This document shows, in pieces, positions 55,350 through 64,000 of a stretch of DNA of 64,000 bases. The stretch spans positions 3,334 to 67,333 of the forward strand of contig CAYJPF010000003.1 in the NCBI GenBank assembly GCA_964372025.1. The letters are read 5' to 3'. Within the stretch, counting starts at the first letter, position 1. Each line of letters begins with the position of its first letter. The notes under the pieces were generated by a model, which was not told the origin of the DNA, did not search any database, and worked only from the letters and a program-made list of their open reading frames with translations. The stretch is from an uncultured Peptococcaceae bacterium. GTDB taxonomy: Bacteria; Bacillota; Dehalobacteriia; UBA4068. A program made the position numbers and the translations under genes.

Positions 55350-55992
55350 TTTCCTTCACTGTAGCACTTTTTTGTGCTTGTGTCAACTCCGCTTTGGGGT
55401 CTCTAGGCTTGTGTATGCCCCAAACCAGCTCTGCAAATCGTTTCTCTTCTCGTTTTTCTGCGTTAGTTTCTTTTACATCTTTCGTCCACCGTTCGTCAAG
55501 CACATTCATCCGTACCTCGAAGTTATCCGTTGACCCTTTGAAGGTGCTGGTTATACACGCCTCAGCGCCAAGAATCAATAAGCGGTTTACAGTTTCAGTT
55601 ATCGGAACTTTAAAAGAGTACGACATATTTTTTACTATAGCTTTTAGGCGAGGGTGAATGTCAGCGTGTAACCTATGGTCGCCCTTAAGCTCAAAGAAAG
55701 GCTGGACGCGATGCTTTGGCACTCTCTTTGACTTTTCTCTTGGAGGAGGCGGTGGTGGTCTTCGTGCTATCGCTTCCATTCGAGCTTCAGTTCTTTTAGC
55801 AATAACTTTCATTTTTTCCTCAACTTCGGCATTTCTTTGAGAGCGAAGCTTTGCACGTTCACGTAAATACTTTTCGTGAGCCTTCTTAGCTTTTAACGCC
55901 GCTTCCTGTTTCCTTTTAGCTTCGGCTTCAGCCTTTCGTTGCTCTTGCGTTTTCTTCGGTTTGACGTTTGGGATAGGTGGCAAAAAACTCAT
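55318..55992 (-). CDS. lysine-rich hypothetical protein
   Basis: GAAAGGAAAA RBS before ATG (MSFLPP...); KAEAEAKRKQEA low-complexity N-terminus. Confidence 0.5.
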   Translation of the reverse strand: MSFLPPIPNVKPKKTQEQRKAEAEAKRKQEAALKAKKAHEKYLRERAKLRSQRNAEVEEKMKVIAKRTEARMEAIARRPPPPPPREKSKRVPKHRVQPFFELKGDHRLHADIHPRLKAIVKNMSYSFKVPITETVNRLLILGAEACITSTFKGSTDNFEVRMNVLDERWTKDVKETNAEKREEKRFAELVWGIHKPRDPKAELTQAQKSATVKESEDENGSEGV

Positions 55993-56330
55993 AAAATTTT
56001 CCTTTCTACAGTTATTCCAAGCCGAGCAAACCAAACTCTCAAATCTGAAGACTTAACCTTTTCTCGCTTGGATATTTCATAAATCGACATGCCTGCATTA
56101 TACATCTCCAACCTACGTTTCCTGCGTTCTTCGTGAGTAGTTGGTGCTTTGCCTTTTGGCTCGACAGGAGAAAAATGACACTTCTTTCCTGCAGGGCATG
56201 GTCGTTCCGTTCCCATCAAGTTGCGGTAATCACAGCCTTCACTAATAGGCGAATAATACTCGCAACTTTCAATACTGCACTCGTATCTGTCTTTGTCGTT
56301 ATAAAAGCTTTCCCATCTGGGCACAAGCAT
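55989..56330 (-). CDS. Cys-rich protein with C-terminal HTH
   Basis: CSIESC...C...CPAGKKCH then MSIYEISKREKVKSSDLRVWFARLGI. Confidence 0.5.
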   Translation of the reverse strand: MLVPRWESFYNDKDRYECSIESCEYYSPISEGCDYRNLMGTERPCPAGKKCHFSPVEPKGKAPTTHEERRKRRLEMYNAGMSIYEISKREKVKSSDLRVWFARLGITVERKIL

Positions 56331-56344
56331 CCCCCTCTCTCTGC

Positions 56345-58354
56345 TTAGAACGGTAACGTTGGGTCTTCGTCGATATATCCAGCCACTTCCACTAACGAGC
56401 GTTTATCCCAACCAAAAACAATATTTTCTGCGTTAAAGTTCAAAAATCGCTTACTTTCTACTTCAAAAAACAAAGGGACGCAAACGTCCTGAATACCAAT
56501 ATCTCTATTCTTCATTATTTCAATAAAGTTAGAGCACTTCTTCAAATGCTCGTGTTCAATAGTGCCAAAAACAGTAGCCCCTAAATTTTCAAAATCACGA
56601 TTGACGCGATGCACCATTAAAACATTGTCTGCAGCATTGGTAATATCTGAAGTTCCGCTGATATCTTCTTTGCGAGGAACGCCCTGAGATTTTTTAGGGT
56701 GACAAATGAAATGAATGTGTATGTTGTATTTCTTAGCCATTTCTGAAAGTTTCAAAACAATAGCAGTTTGGTTTTCATACTTGTCTCTTCCAATATCACT
56801 CGTATCGAAACTCATTAAATTGTCCACAATCATCACGTCACATGGGTGTTTTGCAAAATCCTGTTCAAAACGCTTCAGCACTTCCCCCACCTTCAAACCA
56901 TAAGAATTGAGATAAACTCTTAATCTGTCTCCAATCCAGTCGTCAATTTTAAGCGAAGCAACGTCGCTTGCCTTGTACCTCACCCCGCTTGCGTCTAATG
57001 CAACGTTGTGCTTTCCAGCTGCCTGCAAATGCAGCCATTCTTTCACTCTGAAATCCCGAAGCTCTCCACTAAACATGGCAACAGAAAAACCCTTATCTAT
57101 GCAATTAAGAGCTAAATGAGATAAAACACTTGATTTCCCCGAACCGTTTATACCCGACCAAACCGAAAATTCACCCTTGTTGAAACCTAACATAGCCTTA
57201 TCTAATGCAATAAAACCAGAAGGCATAGACACAAGCTTGCTCCTATCAGGAGCCGTTATCTCGTGCAGACTCCTAAACGCTTCTTCAGGCAAGTCGTCTT
57301 CTTTCATAATCTTATCAAGAGAATGTGTTGCAGTTCGAGGTGATAAAGAATATCGGTCTTCGAAAGTCCGCTCATATGCTGTCGGCTCAAACAACCGGCG
57401 AACATCCTTCCATGATTTATCAGCGCAGCTGTCGTGAAAACAATGATAACACAACACTCCGTCGTTGCGCACTAATATTGCACTATCTGGAGATTTGTGA
57501 CTGGGGTCAAACACACATTCGTCTAAAACAAATTTAGTTCCGTATGCAAAATTGCCTTCGCTTTTTACGGAAATTCCATGCTTCGCAATAAAATCTCTAA
57601 CGTCAAACTCTTTTCCGCTATATTTGCGTTGGTATTCAGATTGAGGCTTAGGGTCGGGATACTTATTTGCTAACTTACTAAGTATACCTGTAGGTGTCGC
57701 AACAATAGAATGAGGGATGTGCAAAAGAGCACTCTCTCTATGAGGCCTCTCCTTGGTGTTTGCACCTTTGCAAGCCGTTGTTCCATAAAGTTTAGTAATT
57801 CGACTGGGATTGAAAACAGAAGTGTCTACCTTTACATCCTCTGTGCTAAAAAACATATCTAAAGTCTTCAGCACTTTCTTTGCAAGCTCGTCGTTTTCTT
57901 TTTCTAAACCCATAAAAACGCTATACAGTAAATGAAAGCCATTGCCACTGTCTGCTATAACTGGAGGAGTAAAACCTAAGTTATGAAGATAGTTGTACAT
58001 TTTCTGAGTAACTTCTTTAGCCTTAAGTTTTTCTTCGTCAGTAGCCGAAACGCCAGTTGCTCTAACCGGGTCAGCGTCTATCAACAGCCATCTACGAGAA
58101 ACAATGTCCTTGTCAGTAGTAGCGGTTTTAACAGGAATAAGTTTTTCTTGCTGTTCTCTAGAATAACAAGCGTCGTTTATTTTATTGAAAACAAAATACC
58201 ACGTTTTATCTTGATGTTTTTCTAAGCAACGAAATAAATTGTCTTTATTCCTAAAATACCCACTCAGCGGAGTTCTGCCAAAACATCTTACTTCTATAAG
58301 CGAGTCTTCGGGTTTGAAAAGGTCTATCGTTCTTGCAATCATTTCAAAATTCAC
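56345..58354 (-). CDS. bifunctional AEP-type primase / DnaB-like (SF4) helicase
   Basis: LLIDADP and SGNGFHLLY (AEP motifs), CYHCFHDSC zinc finger, Walker A GINGSGKSS and IHFICHPKK in C-terminal RecA-like domain. Confidence 0.8.
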   Translation of the reverse strand: MNFEMIARTIDLFKPEDSLIEVRCFGRTPLSGYFRNKDNLFRCLEKHQDKTWYFVFNKINDACYSREQQEKLIPVKTATTDKDIVSRRWLLIDADPVRATGVSATDEEKLKAKEVTQKMYNYLHNLGFTPPVIADSGNGFHLLYSVFMGLEKENDELAKKVLKTLDMFFSTEDVKVDTSVFNPSRITKLYGTTACKGANTKERPHRESALLHIPHSIVATPTGILSKLANKYPDPKPQSEYQRKYSGKEFDVRDFIAKHGISVKSEGNFAYGTKFVLDECVFDPSHKSPDSAILVRNDGVLCYHCFHDSCADKSWKDVRRLFEPTAYERTFEDRYSLSPRTATHSLDKIMKEDDLPEEAFRSLHEITAPDRSKLVSMPSGFIALDKAMLGFNKGEFSVWSGINGSGKSSVLSHLALNCIDKGFSVAMFSGELRDFRVKEWLHLQAAGKHNVALDASGVRYKASDVASLKIDDWIGDRLRVYLNSYGLKVGEVLKRFEQDFAKHPCDVMIVDNLMSFDTSDIGRDKYENQTAIVLKLSEMAKKYNIHIHFICHPKKSQGVPRKEDISGTSDITNAADNVLMVHRVNRDFENLGATVFGTIEHEHLKKCSNFIEIMKNRDIGIQDVCVPLFFEVESKRFLNFNAENIVFGWDKRSLVEVAGYIDEDPTLPF

Positions 58355-59382
58355 AGAGTGTCACCATCCTTTAAAGTTTGAGAAAAATCAGTTACGTAAA
58401 CTTGCTTGGATTGCTGTGAAGCAACAGGAACAAGCTGCTCTAAAATTCTTGTGGCATTTTTAGGGTTAACTATCCAGTCGAAATCTGCCTTCCAAGAACT
58501 GTTATTGCCACCAGTATGCCAAGAGCTGGCATTTACAGCCTTGCAAATACTTCTAAAGTCTTCAAGATTGAAATGCTTTTCAAAAGCTTTTATCAATTTC
58601 TTTCGACTTTGATTGATTACCAAGCACTTTGGGAGTAACGGGCAAAGCTCTGAATAAACTATCTTGAAAGACTCGAAGTCAGGCTCACTCTTCTCTTTTT
58701 TGTTTTTGTATTCTGAAGCGGTATCACCGTGCCTTGATGAATGAGGGGGGTAGGGGGGAGCAGTGTTGTTTCCAGCTGGGGATGCTTCGCAATACGGCTC
58801 TTCGTAAGTAACCTCGCCTAATCCTCGTATTGCGTCCTCGTCCATATCCTCGTCGAGAGGATGGTATCCGTCCCCTGCATAGGGGACCATACTAACTATA
58901 TTATCTTTACCTATACTTACCTTACCTAACCTATCCTTACCTATGCCGTCCATTGGTTGTCCATGGGACGTCCCGTGTGTGTCCCAAGCTTCTTTGGTAG
59001 TCGTATCATTTCTGTCTGCTCTTGGTTTTTTCTCCAAAAGCACTGCATCTGGAACGATTTGCAGTAAAAGGTTCTTGTAGATGCTATCGACTTTTCTGTC
59101 AGCTCTCAACTTGTTGTTTTCGTTCCAATCTGTAATAAACGATACTAAATCTTCGTTGAGTACCACAATGAATTGCTTCGCAGAGAGTATCTTAATATCA
59201 TCCTCGGTTGCCCCAATGCTTCGCATTACGCTGTATGCTTCAACGACACCATCATCATCTGCGTTTAAGCTAAGATGAAAATAAAGATTCTGTGTAGTTT
59301 GTGGCATTTTCAAAAACCTTGCGCTGGAACAAATACGTTTAGAAAACATTCTTCGCTCAGCCATCCTCAAAACTCCTTCCAT
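58351..59382 (-). CDS. replication initiator (phage replisome organiser N-terminal domain + DnaD-like C-terminus)
   Basis: RRMFSKRICSSARFLKMPQTTQNLYFHLSLNADDDGVVEA. Confidence 0.6.
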   Translation of the reverse strand: MEGVLRMAERRMFSKRICSSARFLKMPQTTQNLYFHLSLNADDDGVVEAYSVMRSIGATEDDIKILSAKQFIVVLNEDLVSFITDWNENNKLRADRKVDSIYKNLLLQIVPDAVLLEKKPRADRNDTTTKEAWDTHGTSHGQPMDGIGKDRLGKVSIGKDNIVSMVPYAGDGYHPLDEDMDEDAIRGLGEVTYEEPYCEASPAGNNTAPPYPPHSSRHGDTASEYKNKKEKSEPDFESFKIVYSELCPLLPKCLVINQSRKKLIKAFEKHFNLEDFRSICKAVNASSWHTGGNNSSWKADFDWIVNPKNATRILEQLVPVASQQSKQVYVTDFSQTLKDGDTL

Positions 59383-59624
59383 TCGGCTTTGCTTAGTTCT
59401 GGTTCCAAACTTGAAACTAAGCCCGAAATAGACGGAAACACTGTACTATAGTAAATATGACTCTTAAGTCTTTCCTCTACGTCAATAAAACTATAGTCAA
59501 CAAGCACAAGACCCCAAGCTGCTCCCAGCATCTCGTCAATGTTTCCGTTTTGGTCTATAGGGAGCGGTTTTCCGTAGGCCAAATAGGCACAAGTAGCAAT
59601 AGTTTTCGCTTCATTAATTGTCAT
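59367..59624 (-). CDS. hypothetical small protein
   Basis: 85-aa ORF. Confidence 0.4.
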   Translation of the reverse strand: MTINEAKTIATCAYLAYGKPLPIDQNGNIDEMLGAAWGLVLVDYSFIDVEERLKSHIYYSTVFPSISGLVSSLEPELSKAEWKEF

Positions 59625-59783
59625 AATAATCTTCCTTTCAAGATAAAAGAACGCTCCTACGGTAGTACAAGTACCGCAAGAGCGTCGTATATCATTGTCG
59701 CAACAATAGATATTAAGTTCAAGTAATCTTGTACATTACTCTCTTATTATACCCTATGCGGGCTTGTAAGTCAAGAACTTTTT

Positions 59784-60662
59784 TTACTTTTCAAGCCACC
59801 AGTCCATGACTTCTTGTGCAGTTTTCCAATCTCTTGGCTGACCTTTATCTTGCCATACTCTAAGCATCTTTTCAAAGGCATTGAGATAGTAACGTTCAAA
59901 GTTAAACACCTTCATTTCGTGTTTCCTTTGAGAGTTATTTGGACACCCAACGCAGCCTAATCGGCTATAACCTTGGTCGTATAGCTCGCAGTATGGCACA
60001 CTGTTTGACTTTATAAAATCCCACAGCAAATCATCAGTCCAAGCAATCATAGGATTTATAGCGCGTATTCCTTTGATGGTGCAGCTTTCAAATTGTTTTC
60101 GCTTCTCACTGTTTTCGTCAAACAGCATTACCTCACCCTTGATTGTTTCTTCCGAGAAAACCAATTGCGCTTCTTGTTCGCTCATATCGAGGTCAAACCT
60201 TCGTCCTAAGTGCATACGTCGATTATGAACTACTTCCAGAGCTTCTCTTGAGTTTCTTGTGGCACTTTCTGATTTTCTAACGCCAAAAGAATGAAAACAA
60301 TCTCGATTTTCCGGTATGCGTCTCTCCTTAAACTCCTTGCAGCAATAGCGTATTAGTCTCGTTGGTGGCATTCCTTTGTGTACGATAAGGTCAAACATGG
60401 ATATTCTGGGTTTTACTACAAATACTCCTATACCCATATTCTCTAATCGTTCTATTTCTTGTCTCGCAAAATATACAAGGGGAGGAGGGTCAATTCCGGT
60501 TATATTATGCTGAACAAAAAACTTCACCCCAGCTTGGATAAACAGCTCAACCAAAGCTACAGAGTCCTTGCCAAAGCTACTGCACACACAGTAGCCTCGG
60601 CTGTCCATCCTTAAAGCCATAGGTTCCATTTCTTGTATCAAAGCAATGCTTTTACTTACCAT
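59784..60662 (-). CDS. PAPS reductase-family (PP-loop ATP pyrophosphatase) protein
   Basis: SFGKDSVAL PP-loop and C-terminal CVGCP. Confidence 0.7.
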   Translation of the reverse strand: MVSKSIALIQEMEPMALRMDSRGYCVCSSFGKDSVALVELFIQAGVKFFVQHNITGIDPPPLVYFARQEIERLENMGIGVFVVKPRISMFDLIVHKGMPPTRLIRYCCKEFKERRIPENRDCFHSFGVRKSESATRNSREALEVVHNRRMHLGRRFDLDMSEQEAQLVFSEETIKGEVMLFDENSEKRKQFESCTIKGIRAINPMIAWTDDLLWDFIKSNSVPYCELYDQGYSRLGCVGCPNNSQRKHEMKVFNFERYYLNAFEKMLRVWQDKGQPRDWKTAQEVMDWWLEK

Positions 60663-60665
60663 ACT

Positions 60666-61061
60666 TTAAAAAGGCAAAGAAAAATCAGTGGCTACCTCTG
60701 CGCTTACGTGAGGGATGTCTTGAGCAGGAGCTTGTTGTCTGGGCCTATTAAGACCAAAATCCAGCTCGTCTATTTGGATAGACCAAGAGATGCGTTTGTT
60801 GCCATCTTTATCTTCCCATTTGTTGCTTTCCATGCGCCCCATTATCATGACTTCAGAGCCTTTGTCTAAATGCTTATTGCAAACTTCGGCTAATCTAGCC
60901 CAAGCCGTACAGTCAAAATAATCCGTAACTTTGTCTTGTCCTTTTGGAGCAAAAGTTCTTTGCACCGCTACAGTGAAATTGGTAAAAGAAGTGCCGGTTT
61001 TAGTTTGTCTTAGTTCAGGCTGGCGAACCACTGCCCCGTGAATGATTGTTTTATTTAACAT
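60666..61061 (-). CDS. ssb: single-stranded DNA-binding protein
   Basis: OB-fold pattern GAVVRQPELRQTKTGTSFTNFTVAV...WARLAEVCNKHLDKGSEVMIMGRMESNKWEDKDGNKR; C-terminal DFSLPF tail. Confidence 0.75.
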   Translation of the reverse strand: MLNKTIIHGAVVRQPELRQTKTGTSFTNFTVAVQRTFAPKGQDKVTDYFDCTAWARLAEVCNKHLDKGSEVMIMGRMESNKWEDKDGNKRISWSIQIDELDFGLNRPRQQAPAQDIPHVSAEVATDFSLPF

Positions 61062-61063
61062 GA

Positions 61064-61654
61064 TTATTTCTCCTCTTCTTTCTTTTCGTCTAAGTAAGTT
61101 GCTACCAAGTCAGCACAATGCAACAGCATACCGAGCGGGTACTTTTCCCAAGCTCCGCTGAGTGCATAAGAACCGCCTTTAACCCTGTCATCAAAGCCAC
61201 CCATATGCCAGTTGATAGCAAGAGCCTCTTCACGAGTTAGCCTGATAAAGCTGGAAATTATATAGACGCTTCCTTCGCCGTGACCGTAGCAGAGCGAGTC
61301 TTCTACCGTGTAGTACGGGACTTGAACCCACTCGCCGTTTTGCTTTACATTTCGGGTATCTTGCTTATAGAAGTTGACTTTGCAGAGGTCGTGTAGAAGT
61401 GACACAACTGCTATTGTTTCCCCACCCAATTGCAGGTCTAAAAGCTTGTTTAGATGCAATAGTCGGTGGTAAACATTGATACTGTGCTGGGCTAAACCAC
61501 CTTCATAAGAACCGTGGTATTTGGTGCTTGCCGGAGCGGTAAAAAAGTCGCTACTGTCCAGCCAAGCTAACAGCTTATCCGCTCCCTCTCTCTTGATATT
61601 TGCCGTAAAAATAGCAGCAAATTCTTTTCTCAAATCGCCGGTTGGACTACTCAT
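61064..61654 (-). CDS. HD-domain phosphohydrolase
   Basis: H..NV...L...LLHDLCK (HD motif). Confidence 0.65.
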   Translation of the reverse strand: MSSPTGDLRKEFAAIFTANIKREGADKLLAWLDSSDFFTAPASTKYHGSYEGGLAQHSINVYHRLLHLNKLLDLQLGGETIAVVSLLHDLCKVNFYKQDTRNVKQNGEWVQVPYYTVEDSLCYGHGEGSVYIISSFIRLTREEALAINWHMGGFDDRVKGGSYALSGAWEKYPLGMLLHCADLVATYLDEKKEEEK

Positions 61655-62138
61655 TTACTAATTTCCCCTTTACAAATTTTAGTTTAGAAATAATGTGGTC
61701 GTATTTGTCTATTATGCTCAAAAGTTCTTCTTCTCTTTGTGCAAATTCATCAAGCAAAGCTTCGGGAGTAATAAATCCTTCGTAGCCTCTTTTGACAAAT
61801 GCTTGTAGTAGTTGCCTAAAGTTTCCGTAATAGCCTGTAATGCGTACATCTTTCATGTTGTGAGACTTTCGTCTTGCGTTATAAACCATCTTACGCTGCG
61901 TGATATACATGTTCATAGACGTAATAACAAGCGTAAAGCCGTGCCCTAAGCTTATATAGTAACCGCCTTTAAAGCCCTCGGGTTTTACATCAAGGAAGCC
62001 CCTGTCTCTATCGCTAAGTTCCTCGCCTTCCTCGACAATTTCTTCTTCATCAAGCCCGTCGTAGAACTCGTCTTCATCATCAAAGTCCTCAATGTCTTCG
62101 TCAAAATCTTCTTCCAAATAAAACTCTCTGTCTGACAC
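61647..62138 (-). CDS. hypothetical protein with highly acidic N-terminus
   Basis: EEDFDEDIEDFDDEDEFYDGLDEEE. Confidence 0.45.
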   Translation of the reverse strand: MSDREFYLEEDFDEDIEDFDDEDEFYDGLDEEEIVEEGEELSDRDRGFLDVKPEGFKGGYYISLGHGFTLVITSMNMYITQRKMVYNARRKSHNMKDVRITGYYGNFRQLLQAFVKRGYEGFITPEALLDEFAQREEELLSIIDKYDHIISKLKFVKGKLVNE

Positions 62139-62140
62139 TT

Positions 62141-62371
62141 TTATTTCCTCCCTTTCTTAATGAATTCGTCAATATCCGCCTTGGGTATTCTGTGCATACG
62201 CCCCAGCCTAATAGATGTCAAATCCCCTGTCGAGATTGCCTGTCTAATCCAGCTATTGGACACCGCAAGTAGGGCGGCAGCCTCCGAAACTGAGTAATAT
62301 TCACGCAACTCTTCGTGCTTCTTAGGCTTCTTTTCAACTTTCTCTTTCTTTTCTACCTTTTTATTTGCCAC
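62141..62371 (-). CDS. excisionase-family HTH DNA-binding protein
   Basis: YSVSEAAALLAVSNSWIRQAISTGDLTSIRLGRMHRIPKADIDEF. Confidence 0.55.
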   Translation of the reverse strand: MANKKVEKKEKVEKKPKKHEELREYYSVSEAAALLAVSNSWIRQAISTGDLTSIRLGRMHRIPKADIDEFIKKGRK

Positions 62372-62582
62372 TTTTTCTTCTTCCTTCCTTAATTTTGCCG
62401 TCTATTAGGTCTGAGAGCAGTCTCAAAACAACAGACACTCCCCACGTTAGCACTGTAACGTGTAACGAAAACTCCAGATTTCCTGCCATGCAAATCAACA
62501 AGACTAATGCAGTTGTAATTGCCCAGTCTATAACAAGCGTGAATAGGAAATACAGTGTCAATAAAACCTTAACTTTCTTCAC
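62361..62582 (-). CDS. small membrane protein (two TM)
   Basis: hydrophobic 73-aa ORF. Confidence 0.4.
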   Translation of the reverse strand: MKKVKVLLTLYFLFTLVIDWAITTALVLLICMAGNLEFSLHVTVLTWGVSVVLRLLSDLIDGKIKEGRRKSGK

Positions 62583-62585
62583 TTC

Positions 62586-63275
62586 TTAATCTCCTTGTTC
62601 AGGGAAAGTATAATACTCTCCGTTATCAACGTAATTTATCCTAAACAGGTTCTCAGTTCCAGCTCCGTGAAAGTAAACATACTCTTTTGGAAGCACTCTT
62701 CCGGCATCGTTACCGTACTTTTGTTCAAAAGAATACAACTCCAACACGCTTTCAGCCATATCATAGAACTCTTGTTCGACGGGATTGGTTATATTATAAC
62801 CAGTAAAGGCTCCGTTTTGCAGGATAACTGTAACAATACTATCTGGGAACTCAGGGCTGTCAACTCGATTTAGCACACACCATGCAACTGCGGCTTGCTC
62901 GTCATACGATTGAACACCTCTTGCTTCGCCCCAAATCAACATAGCCAGCATTTTTACTTCAGCATCCGTATACTCAAAGTTATCGCTAATCGGTTCGGCT
63001 TCCACAACGCTTTGGATGCTTTGAATATTAAGCTCGAGTCTTTCGTTTTTTTGCTTTAACACGCTAACCTGTTCCTCTAAGTTCTCAATCTCGTCATCTT
63101 TGTTTTCAACTTGGTCATTTAACTCAAAAATGACTGAATTAGCAACCTCTGCATTTTCTCTCCACAGTTGTATTTCTGACTGCAAAAGCCATACAACTAA
63201 ACCGATGGTTGATATCAAACAAATACTGATTGCGATGGACATAAGCATGAAAAGGTTACTCTTGGTTTTCCACAT
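62586..63275 (-). CDS. membrane-anchored SleB-like cell wall hydrolase (Hydrolase_2 family)
   Basis: N-terminal TM, coiled coil, C-terminal AEVKMLAMLIWGEARGVQSYDEQAAVAWCVLNRVDSPEFPDSIVTVILQNGAFTGY. Confidence 0.65.
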   Translation of the reverse strand: MWKTKSNLFMLMSIAISICLISTIGLVVWLLQSEIQLWRENAEVANSVIFELNDQVENKDDEIENLEEQVSVLKQKNERLELNIQSIQSVVEAEPISDNFEYTDAEVKMLAMLIWGEARGVQSYDEQAAVAWCVLNRVDSPEFPDSIVTVILQNGAFTGYNITNPVEQEFYDMAESVLELYSFEQKYGNDAGRVLPKEYVYFHGAGTENLFRINYVDNGEYYTFPEQGD

Positions 63276-63285
63276 TCTGCACCTC

Positions 63286-63747
63286 CTAAGTTTCTAAAAT
63301 CTTGATGCCGAGGACAGACATCATCATTTTTTTCTTTGTACGATAAGTCTGAGTTTGCCTGCCCTTAACATCTTCTACAATGCGCTCACCAGTCTTGCAT
63401 ACGGTATAGGTGAAATCAGCTTGGTAGCTTATAGCCCTAATGCGTTCGCCTTCCGGTGTGGTATACGGTCTCTGCAATACAAAGGTTTCTTGAAGCCGTA
63501 AGTCGGATATCTCGCCAAGGCTTAACATAGCCATAAGTTCACGATATCGTATAGCTTCCTTCTTGCTATCAAAGGTAATCGCTCCAACATCTGTCTTGAC
63601 ATTTCGCCATTTCGAAGTCTTGTCTTTCTTGACTTGCTCTATAGCAGAGTCGATTTGTTTGTTTAGCTTTCGCTCTTCTTGCTCTTTGATTTTAGCAAGG
63701 GCTTGCTTTAAAACTTTATCAGACAAATCCTTTAACTCGATAGCCAT
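63286..63747 (-). CDS. DUF1064-family protein
   Basis: GAITFDSKKEAIRYRELMAMLSLGEISDLRLQETF...YQADFTY pattern. Confidence 0.5.
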   Translation of the reverse strand: MAIELKDLSDKVLKQALAKIKEQEERKLNKQIDSAIEQVKKDKTSKWRNVKTDVGAITFDSKKEAIRYRELMAMLSLGEISDLRLQETFVLQRPYTTPEGERIRAISYQADFTYTVCKTGERIVEDVKGRQTQTYRTKKKMMMSVLGIKILET

Positions 63748-63977
63748 TACTTTCCTGCCTTGGCTCTACGCTCTGCTTCGACCTGACCTATCATTAAGAA
63801 GTTGATAAAATCTTCTCCATCGTGCGGATACTCACCAAGATAACGCTGGGGTCTATCACCTACAAACTTAACAAACGGGCCGTGTTCGGATTTAAGCCAG
63901 TAACACATAGTCGTGCAAGTATCGCCTCTCCAACGAACTATCTCGATAATTTTGTTTTCATCCGAACGTAACTCCAT
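63747..63977 (-). CDS. hypothetical small protein
   Basis: 76-aa ORF near window end. Confidence 0.4.
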   Translation of the reverse strand: MELRSDENKIIEIVRWRGDTCTTMCYWLKSEHGPFVKFVGDRPQRYLGEYPHDGEDFINFLMIGQVEAERRAKAGK

Positions 63978-64000
63978 ATTATTGCAACGGATGTTTATAA

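Noticed and set aside
1-64000. CRISPR array or diversity-generating retroelement (for the repeat-containing fibre-like protein)
   Set aside because: No regularly spaced direct repeats and no reverse-transcriptase ORF anywhere in the window.

Overview
The window reads as a near-complete genome (about 64 kb) of a siphovirus-like, probably temperate phage of a low-GC Gram-positive (Firmicutes/Clostridia-type) host. That host guess rests on the AGGAGG-type ribosome-binding sites and on a BspA-type LRR protein, a phiLC3-type holin, an EndoA/MazF homolog and a SleB-like hydrolase. The genome has two convergent arms that meet at a bidirectional terminator near 22.03 kb.

The plus-strand arm (1-22 kb) is a dense early/accessory module:
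- about 9 paralogous small SH3-like proteins;
- zinc-ribbon mini-proteins;
- a tyrosine integrase;
- an EndoA/MazF toxin homolog translationally coupled to a tandem excisionase-type HTH protein;
- an HNH homing-endonuclease-like protein and a GIY-YIG protein;
- RecT, a BRO-N/KilAC antirepressor and an MBL-fold hydrolase;
- a fibre-like protein, a BspA-LRR protein and a protein with CBM5/12-like repeats.

The minus-strand arm (22-64 kb), read in transcription order from high to low coordinates, holds:
- Replication genes: DUF1064 protein, SleB-like hydrolase, Xis-like HTH, HD hydrolase, SSB, PAPS-reductase-like protein, DnaD-like initiator, AEP primase fused to a DnaB-like helicase, a CX5R phosphatase.
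- Packaging and head genes: a large terminase whose N-terminal exon is separated from the remainder by an ORF-less, structured intervening sequence of about 395 nt with GNRA tetraloops and an 11-nt tetraloop-receptor motif (a candidate group I-type self-splicing intron); portal; ClpP-protease/scaffold fusion; HK97-like major capsid protein.
- Tail genes: major tail protein, a 1401-aa tape measure, a tail fibre with its assembly chaperone, CBM-like proteins, a phiLC3-type holin and two TM/coiled-coil paralogs.
- A block of unusual membrane and Cys-rich proteins.
- A monocistronic 'moron' bracketed by its own promoter and terminator.
- Two tandem Dit-like genes, a Tal-like protein and an FN3-like protein.

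The most notable items are the split terminase gene, the displacement of Dit/Tal about 10 kb from the tape measure, the SH3-like paralog family, the orphan EndoA/MazF toxin, and the accessory island at 28-33 kb.
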